DNA from: a virus
Virus record (IMG/VR): IMGVR_UViG_3300035145_003920
Location: 1-64,000 of that record
Strand: one strand, 5' to 3'
Length of the DNA: 64,000 nt
The notes beneath the pieces were generated by a model that saw only the letters and a program-made list of their open reading frames with translations, searched no databases and had not been told where the DNA came from. Position numbers and translations under genes: made by a program. Positions 50,016 to 58,253 of the stretch are shown one piece after another; position 1 is the stretch's first letter, and each line of letters begins with the position of its first letter.

Positions 50016-51587
50016 CTATAAAAGCCAAGTAATATCTTCTTTATTTCCGTTTTGTGTATCAATATGATAGGGATTATCATTTCCACTAGAGAAATAACCA
50101 CCTTGATACGCTGTTCTATTTACTTTTATATTATTTAAAGCATTTCTTGTAGCATCTAAACCACGTTGTCTTAACTTTAAAGCTGTATCCCTAATATACA
50201 TTGCAATACCAAAAGACATAACTAAATCATCGTTATATCCTGATTGTGCTTCTGCTCTTCCATTACGCCAAATAAATACTTTCATTTCCTCTATCAATCT
50301 TTTGGATTGAATTGTTACTCCTTTATCACTAATGTATTCTTGAAATTTACCTACTACCATAGGTCTAGTCCTAGAAGACATTGTAAAACCAGCTACCATT
50401 TTGGAGTGGTCTTGATACTTATCAAAATACGAATCAGCATTTGGGGAGTCACTCCTTTGTGAATAGTAGAGATTAGGATATTGTCTGTCAATAGCAACTT
50501 GTATAGTTGCCCAACCAATATTAGCATTTTCTATTACTAACATTGCTTCATTATATTCAGTAGCTAAGCCAACTAATAAATGCCCATAATCTTTAGTACC
50601 AATTTGACCTTTATATTCCGCTACTTGTACATTATTAGCAACATCAATTACATGGCATGCTGAATAGTCTTTTCCGTCTCCTCTTGAAACATCCGCTACT
50701 ACAATATAATCTCTAGTATAATCAGGTGATTCCCAAACCCATAAATTTTGATCAGCTCCTCGTTTTTCTAATGGTTCTTTAATATAAGATTTTTCATAAT
50801 ATTCAATATATTCAGGATAAAATACTATATCACCAGAAGTACTAAAATCACAATCACATTCCTGAGCTGCCATTCTAGGATCACCCAATAATTCATCTTG
50901 CCTATCCCTCCATGCTTGGTCTCGTTCTGGGTGAACATACCAAGGTAATTTAATAGGTAAAAATTCATTTTCTGCTGCTTCTGCTCTTGCCCATGTTTGA
51001 TGAAACCAATTACCAGTACCATAAGGAGTAGATAATGCAATACACCCCCCACCAGTTGCTAATGTTTGTTGGGCTGAGGCCCAAATCTCTCCAATATTAT
51101 CAATAAAAGCTGCCTCATCAATTAATAGTAAAGATACTGCTTCTGATCTACCTGCATCTGAACTTGCTGAAGTGGCTTTAATTTGGGATCCATTTCTTAA
51201 TCTTAAAGTTAATTTGTTATTTTCGTCTGCATCTACTTTTAACCATGAAGGTAAATTTTCATACATAAATTTTACCTTTGTAACCATGTTTTTTGCTGTT
51301 TCTTGTTTTGTAGCAATACAAAGAATGTTTTTATCCTTAGCAAATAACATTAACCATAAAGAATAACCAGCAGTTAAAGTAGAAATACCTAACTGTCTAG
51401 ATTTTAAGATAATCGAATAGGGATTATCTCTCATTAATGTTAATACTTTTTCTTGGAATGGATAAAGATTAAATTGAATACGTCCTCTTTGTGGGTGTTG
51501 GATATAACAATATTTACGCATAAAGTGAACTGGGTCTTTAGCGCATCTAAGATATTCCTGACGTATTACTTTTTTTATTTCGGACAT
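50016..51587 (-). CDS. terL: Terminase large subunit (gp17-like)
   Basis: KSRQLGIS, IDEAAF, STPYG, ADVSRGDGKDYS, NDDLVM. Confidence 0.96.
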   Translation of the reverse strand: MSEIKKVIRQEYLRCAKDPVHFMRKYCYIQHPQRGRIQFNLYPFQEKVLTLMRDNPYSIILKSRQLGISTLTAGYSLWLMLFAKDKNILCIATKQETAKNMVTKVKFMYENLPSWLKVDADENNKLTLRLRNGSQIKATSASSDAGRSEAVSLLLIDEAAFIDNIGEIWASAQQTLATGGGCIALSTPYGTGNWFHQTWARAEAAENEFLPIKLPWYVHPERDQAWRDRQDELLGDPRMAAQECDCDFSTSGDIVFYPEYIEYYEKSYIKEPLEKRGADQNLWVWESPDYTRDYIVVADVSRGDGKDYSACHVIDVANNVQVAEYKGQIGTKDYGHLLVGLATEYNEAMLVIENANIGWATIQVAIDRQYPNLYYSQRSDSPNADSYFDKYQDHSKMVAGFTMSSRTRPMVVGKFQEYISDKGVTIQSKRLIEEMKVFIWRNGRAEAQSGYNDDLVMSFGIAMYIRDTALKLRQRGLDATRNALNNIKVNRTAYQGGYFSSGNDNPYHIDTQNGNKEDITWLL

Positions 51588-52028
51588 TTACTTTACTAAT
51601 AATACTGCAGCTACCACACCTACTATACCTGCACCCATAGTTAATTTATTTTTTAATTTTTGCTTTTTTAAATCAGCTTCTAATCTTGCAGTTAATTCTT
51701 TAGATAAAGCTACTTGATTAGCTTGTTGATTAATAATACCTTCATAGTTATTAATCTGCCGTCTTAAATTTGTAACTAAATCAGTTTGTGATAATAATTT
51801 ATTATTAGTTTCAGTCAAAACCAGTTGCATTGTTTCCATTTCAGACCCTAGCCCATCAAATTGGATAAGATCTTTAATTACCAATTTTGCAACAGGTTTA
51901 GTTAATTGAATCTTGGTGCTGTCCTTCGAGGATGTGTCTGTAGCGTTCTGCGAAAAAACGTTCAAGCTCATCATCACCAAAGAAATCAACAGCATCAACT
52001 TTTTGCTTTGTTTCATTTTTGATAACAT
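51588..52028 (-). CDS. Exported coiled-coil protein with C-terminal TM (spanin-like partner)
   Basis: Signal NVFS|Q, heptads, terminal hydrophobic helix; overlaps 51898-52272. Confidence 0.65.
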   Translation of the reverse strand: MLSKMKQSKKLMLLISLVMMSLNVFSQNATDTSSKDSTKIQLTKPVAKLVIKDLIQFDGLGSEMETMQLVLTETNNKLLSQTDLVTNLRRQINNYEGIINQQANQVALSKELTARLEADLKKQKLKNKLTMGAGIVGVVAAVLLVK

Positions 52029-52272
52029 TTATTCTTACGTTAAGTTTATTAATTTTAGCATCATATTCGGCTATTTTAACTTCTAGTAGCTTAGATTCAT
52101 TTACTAATTCATCATTTTCACTGTGGAGAGAATCTACTTTTGCCTCTAATGCTTCTATTTTAGCATTATATTCATTTACATAGTCTTCTCTTTCACCAAA
52201 GAAATGATAGACTAAAATGCATGCTCCTATTATAACGAATAATGGATAATTTTTCTTTAACCATTTAAACAT
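51898..52272 (-). CDS. Inner-membrane anchored coiled-coil protein (i-spanin-like)
   Basis: N-terminal TM followed by a long heptad repeat. Confidence 0.65.
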   Translation of the reverse strand: MFKWLKKNYPLFVIIGACILVYHFFGEREDYVNEYNAKIEALEAKVDSLHSENDELVNESKLLEVKIAEYDAKINKLNVRINVIKNETKQKVDAVDFFGDDELERFFAERYRHILEGQHQDSIN

Positions 52273-52278
52273 AACTTA

Positions 52279-52794
52279 TTATTTAACTTGTTTTAACTTC
52301 TCATATTTAGCTTTAGCATCTAAATATTCTGCACTCTGAGATATTTTTTTCATCATCTGTAGTGCCGCTTTTTTAGCTGAATCTCCTTCAGCATCTTTAT
52401 ACATTTCAAGATGTTTTTTTAAATCTTTTTGTAACCTTTTATAATTATTTATTATTTGATCTTGTTTAGAAGCCTTTTTTTCTATTTCAGCATCTCCAGC
52501 AGGTGCATCCTCATCTTCTTCTGTAACTTTAATTATATCATCTTTATCTGCCTGTTTTTTTACTTGGGGTAATTTTTCAAAAGGGGTTTCAATTGTAGCT
52601 TCTTCCATTGATGATTTTAAAACATCTAAAGCATTTTTTAAATCACGAATAGCTTCATCCTGTCCTACATTTCTGTATTTCATGAATCTGCTTACAGCTT
52701 GTTTAGCCATTCTTACTTCTTCAGATGAAGGACTTTCATTTAAAGTGCTTAAAATTTCTTCTTTAATAAAAGTAGTTAATTCTGATTTTTTCAT
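52279..52794 (-). CDS. Putative internal head protein
   Basis: Starts MKKSELTTFIKEEILSTLNE; late motif at 52810-52817. Confidence 0.65.
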   Translation of the reverse strand: MKKSELTTFIKEEILSTLNESPSSEEVRMAKQAVSRFMKYRNVGQDEAIRDLKNALDVLKSSMEEATIETPFEKLPQVKKQADKDDIIKVTEEDEDAPAGDAEIEKKASKQDQIINNYKRLQKDLKKHLEMYKDAEGDSAKKAALQMMKKISQSAEYLDAKAKYEKLKQVK

Positions 52795-52819
52795 TATAAT
52801 AGGTTTTATTATAAATATG

Positions 52820-53350
52820 TTAGAGGCCAGTAATATTCAATATTTGTTGAATACGTTCATCTGTAGATCCAGATATTTGATTAATATTATTACATAAATG
52901 GCTATATCTTTTAATTAAAGTAGTAATAGTAAAATCAATTATATCTCTATAATGTTCATCAGTTTCTCTTACACCATTATCTTCAATAGCAAGCCCATGA
53001 GGAGAAATATAAAAAATGTGATCATATTCTCTAATAAATTCTTTTGCATAATTTTCAAATGATTCTTTATCACTATGATGAATTGATTTAGCATTTAAAG
53101 TAAAAGCAATAACATCAAATACTGTTCTATCTGTAATAATATCAGGTTGAATTAACTCAGCACAACGTTCTGCTAAAAATACAGTTTGACCTTTCAATGT
53201 AGAATCAGTATTAAGTGGAATACCTTGCTCCATTAAAAACTTAGAACGCTCTGTTCTAAACATATAATCCTTAAATTGCTCTGTTTCTTTTAAAGCATTA
53301 ACTAATGTAGTTTTACCTACACTCATTGTACCACACAAACCTATTTTCAT
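52820..53350 (-). CDS. P-loop NTPase / nucleotide kinase (NadR/AAA_28-like)
   Basis: GTMSVGKTT, ITDRT, EDNGVR. Confidence 0.8.
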   Translation of the reverse strand: MKIGLCGTMSVGKTTLVNALKETEQFKDYMFRTERSKFLMEQGIPLNTDSTLKGQTVFLAERCAELIQPDIITDRTVFDVIAFTLNAKSIHHSDKESFENYAKEFIREYDHIFYISPHGLAIEDNGVRETDEHYRDIIDFTITTLIKRYSHLCNNINQISGSTDERIQQILNITGL

Positions 53351-53351
53351 A

Positions 53352-53774
53352 TTATTTTTTTAATAACCAACTACTAGATTGGATTTTATCACCCATTCCA
53401 TCTACCAATTTAATACCTAATTTATTACAAGTCACGCTTTCTGGAATACTTTCATTAGTTTGATCTCCACCATTTGCAAATGTTAAATCCCAATAATCAC
53501 CATACTGATCATATAAGTGTTTTAAAGTTTCATTTTGGGTAGAATCTTTATCTATAGAAAGTAAAGCTAAACCTACACCTTTAATTGATTGAACTATTTT
53601 TAATCTTTCATTTTCAGGCATAAATTCTTTAGATCCTTTTAATTCTCTTTGTAAATCAGAATTAACTATAACAATTAAAAAGTCACCCTCATTAGAAGCA
53701 TTTTCAAATAATTCTAAATGACCAACATGAATTGGATTAAAATAACCAGATACTATAACCGCTTTTCTTTTCAT
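53352..53774 (-). CDS. Cytidylyl/adenylyltransferase (TagD/RfaE-II-like)
   Basis: SGYFNPIHVGH, VNSD, FANGGD, SSSWLL. Confidence 0.88.
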   Translation of the reverse strand: MKRKAVIVSGYFNPIHVGHLELFENASNEGDFLIVIVNSDLQRELKGSKEFMPENERLKIVQSIKGVGLALLSIDKDSTQNETLKHLYDQYGDYWDLTFANGGDQTNESIPESVTCNKLGIKLVDGMGDKIQSSSWLLKK

Positions 53775-54040
53775 TAATTTCTGTAGTCAGATAACTTATT
53801 TTTCATTGATTGGTTTTTATAAAAAGGAACACCTTCTCTTTGTCTTCTTAATTCACTCCAATCTTCTTTTGTTTTTTGAATTCCATAAAGATAATATTCA
53901 GCTTTTCTTTCATTTCCTTCTGGAATTAAAGCTGGACCTTCCCAATTATGTAATTTTCCATCCCATACATAAGCAACAGTTCCATCTGCTTTTTTTAATC
54001 TTCTTGATTGTGGGAATTTTTGACCTGATTCTATACTCAT
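53774..54040 (-). CDS. Hypothetical protein
   Basis: 88 aa, GKLHNWEGPA. Confidence 0.72.
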   Translation of the reverse strand: MSIESGQKFPQSRRLKKADGTVAYVWDGKLHNWEGPALIPEGNERKAEYYLYGIQKTKEDWSELRRQREGVPFYKNQSMKNKLSDYRN

Positions 54041-55371
54041 ACTTTTTCTAATTTAGTTTGGTTAAATATACGACTTTTTTTACTGTTCTCCAAAATTTTC
54101 TCGGCAACAAGTGTACCTTGGGATCCTGATACTGTAATACCTCTAGCACTTAAAGCATCACCTACAAAATGAACATTTGGAAATTTAGTTAAAGATAAAT
54201 TATCATAATTAACTAATGGTTCAGGTGAAAGATACTTTACTTCAGGAACATAAATACCCCAATCATCTTTAAGTGTAGGGAATACTTTTTTCATATCCTC
54301 AATAAAATCATAAACATAACCAAAATATGGTTGCATTGCTTTAGATATTTCATGTAGTGTATCTACTTTAACTGCTGATACATCTATACCTTCAGATGTT
54401 GTAGATGGTTCTCTACTTGGACTATAATATAAACCAGTACCATTTTTCTGTAGTTTATTTACTACTTCTCTAGACCAATCAAATGGTTTTTCAATACCTC
54501 TAACTTCCATTAGAATACCAAAATTAGTCATATCATTTCGGAACGACTCATCTTTTTTAGCGTGTCCATTATAACTGTGGTCGCCATAAGTTTCCTCAAC
54601 TGCAACGTAGGCAGCATTGTTATTAGTACAGAAACTCCTGAGCGATACTCCTTTATCTTCATATTTTCTATATAATTTAAAATCATAAGAAACATCAATT
54701 AATTTTTGGAAATGTTTTTGGGGTGCTTCAAATCTAACCCCAATTTGGACTGGTTTGGGTTCAGTAGGCAAATCATATTTTTCAGCTAATTGCTTCCCAA
54801 AATCAATACCTGATTTACCTACACCAAAAATAAGTGTATCATAAAGCATTGTATAATTATCTGTATAAACTTCTTGTTTATCAAAATCAATATCTATTAC
54901 TTTTTCTTCCCATCTAAAATTAACACCATTATCAACTAAAAAGTCATACCAATTTTTACCTATTTCATGTAAATAATCTGTACCAACGTGCCATACTGGG
55001 AATAAACGTAATCCAAAATATGGTTTAATAAAATCGGGCTCAGCTACAGGGTTAGAGCATTGCACTTCTTCTGGTTTAGGGTGGAATCGTTTGAAATTTT
55101 CAATCACCTGATCCATCAACTCCATTGCTTTTTCATCACCCGTATACTTAGAAAGATGACCACCAATAGCAGTGTGGTAGGTTAGTTTACCATCGCTCCA
55201 GCCCCCTGCACCGAGGAATCCCGTCATTACTTCTTCATAAGGTCTTCTATATGGGTCTTTACCCATATCAATGATAGTAATTTTACCATCAAAGTTATTA
55301 TCTATTAATTTAGTAGCGGCATTTACACCTGCTACTCCTGCTCCTACAATTACTACGTTTTTACTCGCCAT
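54037..55371 (-). CDS. FAD-dependent oxidoreductase
   Basis: IVGAGVAG, GAGGWSDGKL, RSFCTN, HFVGD. Confidence 0.88.
   Translation of the reverse strand: MASKNVVIVGAGVAGVNAATKLIDNNFDGKITIIDMGKDPYRRPYEEVMTGFLGAGGWSDGKLTYHTAIGGHLSKYTGDEKAMELMDQVIENFKRFHPKPEEVQCSNPVAEPDFIKPYFGLRLFPVWHVGTDYLHEIGKNWYDFLVDNGVNFRWEEKVIDIDFDKQEVYTDNYTMLYDTLIFGVGKSGIDFGKQLAEKYDLPTEPKPVQIGVRFEAPQKHFQKLIDVSYDFKLYRKYEDKGVSLRSFCTNNNAAYVAVEETYGDHSYNGHAKKDESFRNDMTNFGILMEVRGIEKPFDWSREVVNKLQKNGTGLYYSPSREPSTTSEGIDVSAVKVDTLHEISKAMQPYFGYVYDFIEDMKKVFPTLKDDWGIYVPEVKYLSPEPLVNYDNLSLTKFPNVHFVGDALSARGITVSGSQGTLVAEKILENSKKSRIFNQTKLEKV
54063..54094 (-). promoter_or_regulatory. Host-type early promoter inside the 3' end of the oxidoreductase gene
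   Basis: TTTG-N20-TATATTTA. Confidence 0.65.
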
Positions 55372-55516
55372 AAAATCTATTTAGTGTATTATACATTCCT
55401 GCTACTCCAAAACTAGCACCATGTTTTTTGTTTTGTTCTAAAAAAAACATCATTAATCTTTGAAATGAATTACCTTCACTTTTTCTTACTAAGTAGAATT
55501 CTTTATCTATATTCAT
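55361..55516 (-). CDS. Small protein (51 aa)
   Basis: MNIDKEFYLVRKSEGNSFQRLMMFFLEQNKKHGASFGVAGMYNTLNRFYGE; follows a promoter and overlaps the next start. Confidence 0.6.
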   Translation of the reverse strand: MNIDKEFYLVRKSEGNSFQRLMMFFLEQNKKHGASFGVAGMYNTLNRFYGE

Positions 55517-55538
55517 CTATACTTTTATTTTTAACACA

Positions 55539-55570
55539 TTAATATACGAAACTAAAATGTGGCCTCCAAA
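55539..55570 (-). promoter_or_regulatory. Host-type early promoter
   Basis: TTTG-N20-TATATTAA; the TTTG box lies at the terminator loop. Confidence 0.7.
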
Positions 55571-55581
55571 CGGAGGCCACA
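55554..55581 (-). terminator. Rho-independent terminator
   Basis: TGTGGCCTCC-GTTT-GGAGGCCACA followed by TTTT. Confidence 0.75.
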
Positions 55582-55640
55582 GATCTCTTTATTCTTTTCT
55601 TTCTCTTTCGAGCGGATAGGCTATGAATCTATCCTATAAA
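55554..55640 (-). ncRNA. Candidate structured RNA element
   Basis: GGATAG-ATTCATAGC-CTATCC hairpin, CTC-GAAA-GAG tetraloop, purine tract, then the terminator. Confidence 0.35.
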
Positions 55641-55648
55641 TTTTTATT

Positions 55649-55861
55649 TTAACTTTCCATCCACTTAACGATAATGCCTTCTCTAAACATATCCCAGTTA
55701 TCTTTGGAAATCATTTCTTTATCTAATAATCTATTAGCTGCTAATTTACTTTGAGCTACTATTTCTGATTCTGTTAATCCAATAAATAGATCAGAATAAT
55801 ATTCAAAAAATGCTTTACCATTCCCATGAGCATCTAATATTGGGCTAATTTCAAACGCCAT
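55649..55861 (-). CDS. Hypothetical protein
   Basis: 70 aa. Confidence 0.65.
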   Translation of the reverse strand: MAFEISPILDAHGNGKAFFEYYSDLFIGLTESEIVAQSKLAANRLLDKEMISKDNWDMFREGIIVKWMES

Positions 55862-55873
55862 AATTAAATATTT

Positions 55874-55939
55874 TTAGCAATTACAGCATGTACAATCACA
55901 TGATGTTCCGCAATTACATACTTTACAATTACATTTCAT
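55874..55939 (-). CDS. Metallothionein-like micropeptide (21 aa, 9 Cys)
   Basis: Hand-translated MKCNCKVCNCGTSCDCTCCNC*; start overlaps the end of the upstream gene; fills the intergenic gap. Confidence 0.7.
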   Translation of the reverse strand: MKCNCKVCNCGTSCDCTCCNC

Positions 55940-56195
55940 TTATTCTAATTTTTAGATCAGTTGTACCTTTTAATACACGGTGAATTTCACCTTTAGTTAT
56001 AAATATTGTTTCACCTTCTTTCATTGCTCGAGGTAACATATTATCTCGTTGGATACACCATCCTTCGCCTTCAAGAATTTCTATTGTTCTATCTTCATCA
56101 TCTTGATGCCAAACCAATTCCATTGGATCAACATCTTTAGAAAATGTTCTTATATTACCCTTATCAAGATAAGGATTTATTTTGTTTTCCCCCAT
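55929..56195 (-). CDS. Cupin-like protein
   Basis: LVWHQD, EILEG, IFITKGEIHRV cupin motifs. Confidence 0.72.
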   Translation of the reverse strand: MGENKINPYLDKGNIRTFSKDVDPMELVWHQDDEDRTIEILEGEGWCIQRDNMLPRAMKEGETIFITKGEIHRVLKGTTDLKIRINEM

Positions 56196-56593
56196 GATTT
56201 ACCTTTTCCTTTATCCTTACATTTTGAAGGTGTAGGTCTACAAGATGGGTATTTTGCTCTTTTTTCTCCTTTTTTTCTACCGCAGGCTTTATATTTCATT
56301 TTACCTGTTTTAGAATCTTTTCTACCTGTATTACAATCAACCCAACCACCTTCTTTACCTGAAGGACCAGAACGTTTAAACCATTTGTGTAAAGATTCTT
56401 TTTCTTTTTCACTTAAAGTTTGAACGTGTTCTTTTACTCCTTTCCAAATGTCTCCTTTACGACATCTGACTACAGCTCCTGATTTATAAGCTGATGGTTT
56501 TTTAAATTTGCGGTCAGCAATACGAAGACATCTATCTCGTTTTTTCTTTTTTTCATTTAAAACGTTATGTATTGCTTCTCTAACTCTTTCCAT
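56177..56593 (-). CDS. Basic Cys-containing protein (putative internal virion protein)
   Basis: Lys/Arg-rich modules after VLNE and LSE sites. Confidence 0.7.
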   Translation of the reverse strand: MERVREAIHNVLNEKKKKRDRCLRIADRKFKKPSAYKSGAVVRCRKGDIWKGVKEHVQTLSEKEKESLHKWFKRSGPSGKEGGWVDCNTGRKDSKTGKMKYKACGRKKGEKRAKYPSCRPTPSKCKDKGKGKSWGKTK

Positions 56594-57195
56594 TACCAGA
56601 AGGTATTCATATTTGCTCCTAAACCTAATGCACTAGCATATCTTGGTAGTCTACAAGACCAGTAAGATGGTTTAGTTCTATCATTTTTTTCTTTACATCT
56701 ATGTCTTTTAGCAAAAGCATTTCTTGCTTTAGAATTTCGAATTTTTGCTCTTAATCCGCCTGAACCAAATGATACTTTTTTAATTCTTTTAGTTTTAGGA
56801 TCCCTTACATAAACATAATATGCTTTAGAACCACCTCTTTTAGGTTTACCTAGTGGTGGATCTTTTTTCTTTTTCTTAGCTTTTTTCTTTTCATCTAACA
56901 TAGGTAAATCTAAAGGTACACTTTCACCTTCATATACTCCAAATTCACCTAAATGGGTTTTAATTAAACCTTCATCTTCTTCACACAAATTAATTACATT
57001 TCTAGAATATAATTTTCTAGCTTCTTTAATTAAGGATAAATGTTTGTCTGAACCAATACGATATACTGTTTCAAATAAAGGAAGTTCATTATCTATATGA
57101 TATTGTAGACCTTCAGATAATAAAGATTTTACTTTACTTTCTGTTAACAAAGGTCCCGTTATTTTATTTTCACAATTACAGCTCATTATCCCCAA
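56593..57195 (-). CDS. Protein with basic C-terminal module
   Basis: After MLDE: KKKAKKKK...FAKRHRC...YWSC. Confidence 0.7.
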   Translation of the reverse strand: MGIMSCNCENKITGPLLTESKVKSLLSEGLQYHIDNELPLFETVYRIGSDKHLSLIKEARKLYSRNVINLCEEDEGLIKTHLGEFGVYEGESVPLDLPMLDEKKKAKKKKKDPPLGKPKRGGSKAYYVYVRDPKTKRIKKVSFGSGGLRAKIRNSKARNAFAKRHRCKEKNDRTKPSYWSCRLPRYASALGLGANMNTFW

Positions 57196-58253
57196 ATTTT
57201 ATCAAAGTCTATTACAATTGCACTTTGTTTAACTACAAAGTCATTTAATAATTCATCACTTTCTAATTTACTAAAGTCTATTTGGAAGAATTTCATATTA
57301 CCATCTGATTTAACATTTACTAAGTGATTTCCATCCCCAGGTTTTCTAGTTAATTTTGGTTCTAATAATTTAATAGCCATTGACATTGCCATACCTCTAG
57401 GATCTTCATCATCACCTATTGATAATTGTCTATAAACTCTATCAGCATTATCTTTAATGCTTTTAAATAAAGGATAATTATTAACTAATTCAGTACTATT
57501 ATCAATTATGCTTTTAAATTCTTTTACTTTAGCCATTGCTTCTATAAGCTCACTTCCTTTAAAATTAGTTGGATTAACTGTATTAGAAACTTCTTCCCCA
57601 TCTCCAAATACAGTAGCTAAAGCATTAAATCCAAAAATAACAGCAAGTAAAGATAAATTTTCTTTATCATCTCCAAATCTACCTAAACCATGTTTTCCTT
57701 TATGAGATTTCCAAGATTTAACCTCTACTCCTTGATCATCAAAAAATAAATCTGGATCATCACCATCTCTACCTTCTTTTACATTTGCACTATCTGAAAA
57801 ATGGTATAACCAGTATAAGGCAATTTCTCCATTTCCTACTCCTAATGAACCAGCACTTCCAATAGGTTCACCTACTTTAGGTGGTTTAACAGGATATAAT
57901 TTATCAAACATTTCCTGGTCTTCTGAAGCTACACTAACTGAGAATGTATTTTGTTGGTAAGGATATTTTTTCTTAGGTCTGGGGATTGGTTTACCTTCCC
58001 AATCACTTCCATATAAGGCATTTCTTATAGTATCATTATAAACTTGAGACCCACCTTGAGGATCATCTTTTTTTTCTTGTTTAATATCTAAAACTTCTTT
58101 ATCATCAGCTATTTCAACATCTTCTTCAGCTTCAGTTAGATAACTATTGATAATATTTTCAAGAAGAGTTCTATCTTCTTTATTATCCATATCAGGATAT
58201 CCTTTTGGGAATTTCCAACTATGTTCTTTTAATATTTTATCAAATACATCCAT
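57186..58253 (-). CDS. Putative PD-(D/E)XK nuclease-fold protein
   Basis: GNGEIAL...DPDLFFDDQGVEVKS. Confidence 0.55.
   Translation of the reverse strand: MDVFDKILKEHSWKFPKGYPDMDNKEDRTLLENIINSYLTEAEEDVEIADDKEVLDIKQEKKDDPQGGSQVYNDTIRNALYGSDWEGKPIPRPKKKYPYQQNTFSVSVASEDQEMFDKLYPVKPPKVGEPIGSAGSLGVGNGEIALYWLYHFSDSANVKEGRDGDDPDLFFDDQGVEVKSWKSHKGKHGLGRFGDDKENLSLLAVIFGFNALATVFGDGEEVSNTVNPTNFKGSELIEAMAKVKEFKSIIDNSTELVNNYPLFKSIKDNADRVYRQLSIGDDEDPRGMAMSMAIKLLEPKLTRKPGDGNHLVNVKSDGNMKFFQIDFSKLESDELLNDFVVKQSAIVIDFDKIWG

Noticed and set aside
13491-51587. Introns, inteins or homing endonucleases in nrdA, helicase, polymerase, portal or terminase
   Set aside because: All are continuous ORFs of ordinary or short length, with no intein or HNH/GIY-YIG/LAGLIDADG motifs seen
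55585-55640. preQ1-I riboswitch, tempting because the phage has queC
   Set aside because: A hairpin plus purine tail is present, but the tail lacks the AAAAAAC-type pseudoknot segment and the element is not upstream of que genes
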